From a virus (lineage: Duplodnaviria > Caudoviricetes): 64,000 nucleotides of DNA. The stretch is from IMG/VR virus record IMGVR_UViG_3300031851_000001; one strand, written 5' to 3'. How positions within the stretch are numbered: position 1 is the stretch's first letter; each line of letters begins with the position of its first letter. Shown here in pieces: positions 57,954-64,000 of the stretch. Under the pieces are notes generated by a model. The model searched no databases. It was not told the origin of the DNA and saw nothing but the letters and a program-made list of their open reading frames with translations. The position numbers were made by a program, and so were the translations under genes.

Positions 57954-59666
57954 CTACGCTGTTATTTCGCTAAAGTTCTTTACCTTTTTAAAGCGAATAT
58001 GATTATCAAATTTATCACCAAACTGGTGACCACGGTGTGAGATAACAAAGATGTTATCATCTGCGTTAAGATTATGTAACGTATCAATCAAACTTTCAAT
58101 GCCAACACCATCAAGTGCTCCATCTAACGTTTCGTCAAGCAATAATAAATTAGTTGATACTGAGTTACGAAGTTTGGCAACTGAACGCCAAGCCAACATA
58201 ATCGCTAAGGTAATTCTAAGCTTTTCGCCTTCTGAAAACGAAGCATAAGAAAAAGCATCACGGAAACGAGATTTGATTACTTCATTAAAGTTTTCATCTA
58301 ATTGAAAGTCAACGAACAACTCAAACGATCCAAGGTACTTATTAATTAATTTATTCATTATTGGAATATATTGTCTGATAATACGAGTTTTAATACCACC
58401 ATCACGTAACATAGCTTGAACAACAGTAAGTACTTCTCTATCATCAAACAGGTCTTGCTGTTCAACTTCTGTACTCTTAAGTCTATCACTAATCTCTTGC
58501 AGCTTTGTAGTATCAACAGCTTCAACTTGTTCTTCAGCAGATACCAATTCATTCTTATATGATACTAACGCATTCTTTGCCACCTTAATAGTAGCACGTT
58601 GGTCGCCAATACTAAGATTAATATCTCTCATTTGATCTTCAAGTACTGATATAGCCTCTAAACGATCTTCGTAAGCCTTTGCCTTTTCGGCTAGTTGTTT
58701 TAAACCAGTTTCCAATTCAGCAAGCTTAGTATCCTTTTCACTTATAATACCGGCTTTAAATTCGTGTTCAATGCCTTGCTTACATGTTGGACAATCATCA
58801 TGGTCTTGATAAAAAGATAACTCTTGTTGATGCGAACGTACTTGGCTTTCAATATCTCGTCGTAATGACTTAGCCTTTTCAGACTTTGTTTTCATTTCAG
58901 GTTTATCTTTAACATCATCTAAAACTGTTTGTAAAACATCTTCTTGTCCACTTATTACTTGTTTAGCATCTTCAATTTCTTTGATGTGGACAGCCATCTT
59001 TTCACGGATTTTTTCAACCTCGTCTTCGCGTATTTTACGAATAGAGGCGTTATGTTCTTTAGCAGAGCTTAACTTTGATTCCATTAAATCCATCTGATAA
59101 CTGTTTTCAGTAATTGATTCTTTATTACCAGATACACGATCCTTAAGCAACGTATTCATAGTACTAAATACTTGAATATCTAATAGATCCTCGATGATTT
59201 CTCTACGTGAGTGAGCAGGTAATTCCATAAACGGAACATATGTTGCGCTACCAAGAATAACAATCTGGTTAAAAGATTTATAATTTAGATTAAGAATGTT
59301 TTGCTCAAGATAAGCTTGATAATCTTTTGAGGCAGCATCTTGGTTTATCATTACGTTATCTTTCCAAATTTCAAATATATTTGGTTTGATACCACGACGT
59401 ATTAGATAATTAACAGTACCAACAGAAAACGTAATCTCAACTTGAGCCTCACGTGCGTTGATAGTATTAATCAATTGGTTTTTATTGACTTTGCGAAATG
59501 CTCTACCATATAAAGCAAAAACAATAGCATCAAGTAATGTAGACTTTCCGCTGCCGTTTGTGCCACTGATAAGAGTAGTTCGGTCTTGATCTAAACGTAC
59601 TTCAGACCAAGCGTTACCTGATGATAGCAGGTTTTTATATTTTATTGTCTTAAATGTTATTTTCAT
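57954..59666 (-). CDS. gp46: Recombination endonuclease subunit gp46 (Rad50/SbcC)
   Basis: YKNLLSSG, GTNGSGKS, CPTC zinc hook, FSEGEK, LLLDE. Confidence 0.97.
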   Translation of the reverse strand: MKITFKTIKYKNLLSSGNAWSEVRLDQDRTTLISGTNGSGKSTLLDAIVFALYGRAFRKVNKNQLINTINAREAQVEITFSVGTVNYLIRRGIKPNIFEIWKDNVMINQDAASKDYQAYLEQNILNLNYKSFNQIVILGSATYVPFMELPAHSRREIIEDLLDIQVFSTMNTLLKDRVSGNKESITENSYQMDLMESKLSSAKEHNASIRKIREDEVEKIREKMAVHIKEIEDAKQVISGQEDVLQTVLDDVKDKPEMKTKSEKAKSLRRDIESQVRSHQQELSFYQDHDDCPTCKQGIEHEFKAGIISEKDTKLAELETGLKQLAEKAKAYEDRLEAISVLEDQMRDINLSIGDQRATIKVAKNALVSYKNELVSAEEQVEAVDTTKLQEISDRLKSTEVEQQDLFDDREVLTVVQAMLRDGGIKTRIIRQYIPIMNKLINKYLGSFELFVDFQLDENFNEVIKSRFRDAFSYASFSEGEKLRITLAIMLAWRSVAKLRNSVSTNLLLLDETLDGALDGVGIESLIDTLHNLNADDNIFVISHRGHQFGDKFDNHIRFKKVKNFSEITA

Positions 59667-60727
59667 TAAATGCTCTGCGCTTCCAAATATAGTTCATCAA
59701 TCAATTCTTTAATCTTTTGCTTATTAGATTTCGTATCAATAGATTCAATATAATCATGTAAAATATCTTTAGTATCTTTTGTTTCATCAAGTATTTCATC
59801 AACACCAGCATCACCTAAGTTAAGTGAGTCTTCTATCGACTTAACGTCGCTTGCGCCAGCATCAGTAAGTTTATTTAAAAACAAATCATATATGTATGGA
59901 TTAGTTCTATTCTTAACAATAACCTTAATGTACGAGTCTTTAATATTAGTCAAATCTAAATGAGCAATATCTTCAATAGTCATATCAGCATCATCATAGT
60001 CAATTTTATGGTAAATACAGAAAGGATTTAAAATCCATTCCAACTCACGCGTTTCAGTATCTAAAATGCGGAAGCCACGTTTACCTTGATAATCAGACCA
60101 TGTCATTTCATATGGAGCACCAAGATAGTTAATGTTACCATATTCAGATGGATGGTGGAAATGACCAGAATAAACTTGTTCATAACTACCAAACAATTCT
60201 TTAGTTAGACCATGATCACAAATCGCACCCTTCAGCATTTCAAAACCAATAATATCAAAGTGACCCATACATATATGAGCACTTGATTTACGTATGGCGT
60301 CTAAACATACTTCAGAATTTGTTTTCGTAATCCATGGTACCATTATAACATTAGTTGACCCAAATGTCAACTCAACAGGTTCTTCACGATATATGTTGAA
60401 GTTTGTATACTCTTGGAGTAACAAGTTCATTGAGTTAACTTCATTTGTGTTTGTATAATATACGGAGTGATTACCTACAACTGCATGGTATTCAATGTCA
60501 CGCTTTTGTAGTTCATCAAAGAAAAACTTTTTAGCCCTATCAAGTGTAACATAATTGATGTACTTACGACGGTCAAAGGTATCGCCTAGATCCAATACTG
60601 TTTTAATGTTATGTTCATCTAAATGTGGAAAGAACACTTCATTAAAAAACTTTTCTTGATGATCCAGAAATACCTTAGAATCGCCACGCACACCGAGATG
60701 CATGTCTGTAATTATAGCAACCTTCAC
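59666..60727 (-). CDS. gp47: Recombination endonuclease subunit gp47 (Mre11/SbcD)
   Basis: ITDMHLG, LGDTFD, VGNH, GHF, SGHFH. Confidence 0.97.
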   Translation of the reverse strand: MKVAIITDMHLGVRGDSKVFLDHQEKFFNEVFFPHLDEHNIKTVLDLGDTFDRRKYINYVTLDRAKKFFFDELQKRDIEYHAVVGNHSVYYTNTNEVNSMNLLLQEYTNFNIYREEPVELTFGSTNVIMVPWITKTNSEVCLDAIRKSSAHICMGHFDIIGFEMLKGAICDHGLTKELFGSYEQVYSGHFHHPSEYGNINYLGAPYEMTWSDYQGKRGFRILDTETRELEWILNPFCIYHKIDYDDADMTIEDIAHLDLTNIKDSYIKVIVKNRTNPYIYDLFLNKLTDAGASDVKSIEDSLNLGDAGVDEILDETKDTKDILHDYIESIDTKSNKQKIKELIDELYLEAQSI

Positions 60728-61281
60728 TCTTTAGATTCCTCTTCATTAGCCGCTGCTTCGATTGATTCTTTCTTTTTCGCTTTATCTTTTGCAATCTTAT
60801 CTTCGTAATCTTGAACAAACGAATTCATATAATCAACATTGGTATTAAGATTTAAATTTACTTCATCACCAGAATATGTACCGCCTGATGCAACCATAAC
60901 TTGTGACGATTTAAAACGAATATACATTTGCTTTTTCTCTTTTTGAATACGTCTTAAGAATGCGTACCAAATAATTTGAGTAAAGTATGCAAATGGATTA
61001 GAAGACTTTTCAGAATTAAAGTTACCCATATATAATAGACAATTTTCAATACCATCTGAAATCATATCATCTTTATATGAATATCCACTAAAGTTTGGTT
61101 TTGTCGCAAGTCTTGTTGCGATTTGATAGATGCACTTACCGATATAGTCTGGACACCTTGGTTTTTCGTCACCGGCATCTTCTGCTTCGGTACACGCTTT
61201 TTTATATGCAATTAATGCTTCTAAAAAGTCTGCATTGTTAACATAGTTTCTTTTAGCTCTTTTTGCCATATGGTCAGCCAA
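60724..61281 (-). CDS. gp55: Late sigma factor gp55
   Basis: NYVNNADFL...YIGKC...IATRLATKPNFSGYSY..DMISDG.ENC..Y..NF...KSSNPFAYFTQI. Confidence 0.97.
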   Translation of the reverse strand: MADHMAKRAKRNYVNNADFLEALIAYKKACTEAEDAGDEKPRCPDYIGKCIYQIATRLATKPNFSGYSYKDDMISDGIENCLLYMGNFNSEKSSNPFAYFTQIIWYAFLRRIQKEKKQMYIRFKSSQVMVASGGTYSGDEVNLNLNTNVDYMNSFVQDYEDKIAKDKAKKKESIEAAANEEESKE

Positions 61282-61477
61282 CCTCCTTATTAATTAATGT
61301 AACTTGTGTTCCATAAGCCCAGTGACCATTATCAAAGTCAAATACACACCAGTCTTTTAAATCGTCTGAAATAGATAACACATCTTCACCATACTTACCA
61401 CCATCTTTTGTAATTTCCATCGATGTAATTCTAGCAAGACCATGCCGAGAATAAGCCAAGTCACCTACTTTAATCAT
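61274..61477 (-). CDS. Hypothetical early protein (67 aa)
   Basis: Downstream of a promoter with RBS; SH3-like small beta protein (inference). Confidence 0.7.
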   Translation of the reverse strand: MIKVGDLAYSRHGLARITSMEITKDGGKYGEDVLSISDDLKDWCVFDFDNGHWAYGTQVTLINKEVG

Positions 61478-61504
61478 TCTATTATTCCTATCTGATTCTA
61501 TATA

Positions 61505-61533
61505 ATAATAACATAGTAATCGCGTGGTGTCAA
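61505..61533 (-). promoter_or_regulatory. Sigma70-type promoter for the ORF67-gp55-gp47-gp46 block
   Basis: TTGACA-N17-TATTAT; AGAATCAG just downstream. Confidence 0.75.
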
Positions 61534-61567
61534 CTAAAACTTTTTTCAGTACTACTACATTTTTCTA

Positions 61568-61596
61568 TTGACATCACTATTTAGGTATGGTATAAT
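61568..61596 (+). promoter_or_regulatory. Consensus sigma70 promoter antisense to uvsW
   Basis: CTA-TTGACA-tcactatttaggtatgg-TATAAT on the plus strand. Confidence 0.75.
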
Positions 61597-61619
61597 AGAC
61601 TTATGTCTTATAAACAATA

Positions 61620-63113
61620 TTATATGTTCACCGTATAAATCTTTACATTAAACTGCTCGGACCCATATATTTCAATCCGTTTCCTAAAATGTTGTAAAGT
61701 ATAATTCTGGTAGGCACCAACACTCAAATCATCAGCAATATCGTAAAGCGTAGCTTTATCGGCATCGTTGCCCTTTCTTAGGGCACGGCCGATTGATTGG
61801 AGTACTTTCACTTCCGATTTAGATCCAGATGCGAATATAACATTATCAAGTTTCTTTAAATTAATTCCAGTTGAGAATGTACCAAACGACGCAAGGATAT
61901 CATGTTGTTTAATAGGATCGTTCTCAATCATATGGCGAATTCTTTCACGTTCTGTGCCTTTTGTTGCACCATAAATGAAATGTAATTCTCTACCTTCTGT
62001 TCTTAACATTGGCTCTAATATTTTACCATGTTTTTCAACTAAGTCAAATAGAACCAAATTGTTTTGATCTTTGAGTGACCACAATAGATTTCGTATGAAT
62101 ATATTTCGCTTCTCGTGGTTCGTTATGTATTCTCTTTCAGCAGGATACTTTTGACTTGTATTTTGTACTTTACTTATTGCCTTTTTAAACGCTTTTCTAT
62201 TTTCAACGCTATGAGACAATACAATTGCTTTTATATTAAAGTCAGCAATAGTACCGTCATCCATAAGATCTTTAGTAGATACATGCTTACGAACAGAACC
62301 AAAGCAGCCTTCAAGGACCAGTCTATGCGTTTTGCTCTCTTCCGATTTTAACGTACCGGTAAATCCATGTCGATAATAACATTCGTCAAGCCCTCCCATA
62401 ATTTTTTGTAATGATTTCGCTTGGAATAAATGTGCTTCATCTCCAAGTACTACTTTAAATTGACTAAACCAATCTTTCCTTAATTTAATAAGAGACTGCC
62501 AAGTCGATATAACAATAGGTGCATCTGTGTTTTTATCAATACCACCTTGGATTTTATATATGTGAGATGGATCACAACCATAATCAATAAAATCGCCAGC
62601 CATCTGATGTACTAATGATATCGTTGGAACAATAATCAAAGTACGATGTTCAAACGCTCTATAATAATGCTGCTGAATTAAATAAATGATAAGTGATTTA
62701 CCAGATGATGTTGGTGATAAAGATAAAGAACGACTATCACGTATGGCATCAACGATATATTGATTCTGATAATCACGAGGCTCAAACTTACAGTTTACTT
62801 CCTTAGCAATCTCATATCCATAATCGTCAGGAACTTTTTCGCCTTCCATCAAATGTGCAGGAGCATTTAACTCATATCCACGATCTTCACAAAACTTCCG
62901 CAGCTTACTAAATAACCCTACATAAAGTACAGGTTTGAGTGGTTGGAAAATACGAATCCATCCGTCCCAAATTCTATTCTTATATGAAGGGTTAAACTGG
63001 AATCCGGCGGGTTGAAATTTGAAGTAAGCTTCTAATTCAAACTTAACGCTTGACTCTGTATTGATTTTCAAATACACTGCGTTGATTTGCTCAACGTTAA
63101 TCACATCAGACAT
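61620..63113 (-). CDS. uvsW: RNA-DNA/DNA-DNA helicase UvsW
   Basis: PRDYQ, SPTSSGKS, GDEAH, GFTGT, FSTGIN, LQSIGR. Confidence 0.97.
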   Translation of the reverse strand: MSDVINVEQINAVYLKINTESSVKFELEAYFKFQPAGFQFNPSYKNRIWDGWIRIFQPLKPVLYVGLFSKLRKFCEDRGYELNAPAHLMEGEKVPDDYGYEIAKEVNCKFEPRDYQNQYIVDAIRDSRSLSLSPTSSGKSLIIYLIQQHYYRAFEHRTLIIVPTISLVHQMAGDFIDYGCDPSHIYKIQGGIDKNTDAPIVISTWQSLIKLRKDWFSQFKVVLGDEAHLFQAKSLQKIMGGLDECYYRHGFTGTLKSEESKTHRLVLEGCFGSVRKHVSTKDLMDDGTIADFNIKAIVLSHSVENRKAFKKAISKVQNTSQKYPAEREYITNHEKRNIFIRNLLWSLKDQNNLVLFDLVEKHGKILEPMLRTEGRELHFIYGATKGTERERIRHMIENDPIKQHDILASFGTFSTGINLKKLDNVIFASGSKSEVKVLQSIGRALRKGNDADKATLYDIADDLSVGAYQNYTLQHFRKRIEIYGSEQFNVKIYTVNI

Positions 63114-63149
63114 AATATAACCTTACACTTTAATCAGTTTTCTTAATAC

Positions 63150-63157
63150 TATTTATA
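63150..63157 (-). promoter_or_regulatory. Late promoter for uvsW
   Basis: Exact TATAAATA; uvsW is a late gene in T4. Confidence 0.8.
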
Positions 63158-63241
63158 TAGTCTATCCGGTCCTCGATTTCTTTACGTTTGTCGAGTAGAA
63201 TAACTGGTTTATAAACTGGTGTGATAGGCTTAATAAGAATC

Positions 63242-63679
63242 TTAGTAATCTCCGGCTTGGAACTTCATCACTGCTATAATATTATTAATAATGAAGTTAC
63301 GACTATGAATTGTTTTAACAATATCTTCAAGGTAATTTGCCCTGCAGCTATGATAATCAATTTTTAAACTTAATTTGATAATATCAGGATCAGCTTGGAT
63401 ATACTTATCCATATCTTGACGTATGACTTTTTTCTGAAAAGGTTTCCATCCAAACTCACGTAAATCTTCTTCAGCCATAGATCCGTCAATCCATTCTCGT
63501 TTGTTCATTTCAAGTATTTTATAATCATACCTAAGCTTCTTAACTTTAAGCGCTTCTTTATAGTACATGTTATAGTATTTAGAATGGAGCTGCGGAATCT
63601 TTTTTGCTTCTTGTGCCAATTGAGTTTCATCAATTTTGGCATCACCAGCCCAGATTTCACTAATGTCTTCAGTACTCAT
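63242..63679 (-). CDS. uvsY: Recombination mediator UvsY
   Basis: W..D.KID...L..E..KIPQLHSKY...YI.AD.DI...R.F.I.N.I...KF..G. Confidence 0.93.
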   Translation of the reverse strand: MSTEDISEIWAGDAKIDETQLAQEAKKIPQLHSKYYNMYYKEALKVKKLRYDYKILEMNKREWIDGSMAEEDLREFGWKPFQKKVIRQDMDKYIQADPDIIKLSLKIDYHSCRANYLEDIVKTIHSRNFIINNIIAVMKFQAGDY

Positions 63680-63708
63680 GTTAACCTCTCATAATGTATA
63701 TAGTTATA

Positions 63709-63737
63709 ATTCTATCACAGTTTTGTTAGAATGTCAA
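63709..63737 (-). promoter_or_regulatory. uvsY promoter
   Basis: TTGACA-ttctaacaaaactgtga-TAGAAT; -35 overlaps the gp3 stop codon. Confidence 0.75.
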
Positions 63738-64000
63738 CCAATTTTTGTATGAGTAAACCTGTCGTATCTGAATACCATCGACGCTTCTGGGTATACGATA
63801 TCCTGTTGTGTTACGTCTAAAGTAATCTGACTTAACGATACTGGAAAGCAGTTTAAAAACGTAAATGATATGTTAGGATTTTTGTGGCTATTTAATATAG
63901 TGATAGAAATATCAGAAACAATTCCATCGTCTGTTTTACCTAATTTAGCAAACTGAGCAAGTTCTACTGGAGACGTAATAGATTCTATCCAATCTAAACA
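63734..64000 (-). CDS. gp3: Tail completion / sheath stabiliser gp3 (3' part only)
   Basis: Manual translation ...DWIESITSP...SDISITILNSHKNPNISFTFLNCFPVSLSQITLD...FRYDRF*; upstream of uvsY as in T4. Confidence 0.85.
   Translation of the reverse strand, partial: CLDWIESITSPVELAQFAKLGKTDDGIVSDISITILNSHKNPNISFTFLNCFPVSLSQITLDVTQQDIVYPEASMVFRYDRFTHTKIG

Noticed and set aside
1-64000. tRNA/rRNA genes, integrase, transposase, homing endonucleases
   Set aside because: None recognised by eye; a tRNAscan/Rfam run is needed to exclude small RNAs.

Overview
This window is 64 kb of an AT-rich T4-like (T-even superfamily) myovirus genome, probably marine. The host is probably an alphaproteobacterium, which is an inference from the ROSE-type hsp20 leader, a PiT-like transporter and small conserved membrane proteins. 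Bases 1-32.9 kb (minus strand) hold the tail and baseplate genes: a >2850-aa giant repeat protein running off the left edge, a gp37/gp38-like fibre-adhesin pair, VrlC, gp8, an S8 protease, gp9/10-like, gp7, gp6, gp25, an M15 peptidase, gp5, gp27-like, a split gp53 and gp48. Bases 32.9-37.7 kb (plus strand) hold gp4, gp2, gp54, gp26, gp51 and gp29-like. Bases 37.7-64 kb (minus strand) hold early and replication genes: hsp20, dUTPase, regA, gp62, gp44, gp45, a nucleotide/DNA-modification cluster, early ORFans, a PiT-like transporter, gp43, gp46, gp47, gp55, uvsW, uvsY and partial gp3. The most notable signal is a probable cytosine hypermodification system. It combines a gp42-type dCMP hydroxymethylase, a beta-glucosyltransferase-like enzyme, a nucleotidyltransferase-kinase fusion, a HAD phosphatase, a second glycosyltransferase and a C5-methyltransferase homologue with degenerate SAM motifs. 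Other notable signals are Russian-doll nested domains in the giant protein, a ROSE RNA thermometer, a consensus promoter antisense to uvsW, and several RNA and promoter motifs. All assignments come from motif recognition by eye; no searches were run.
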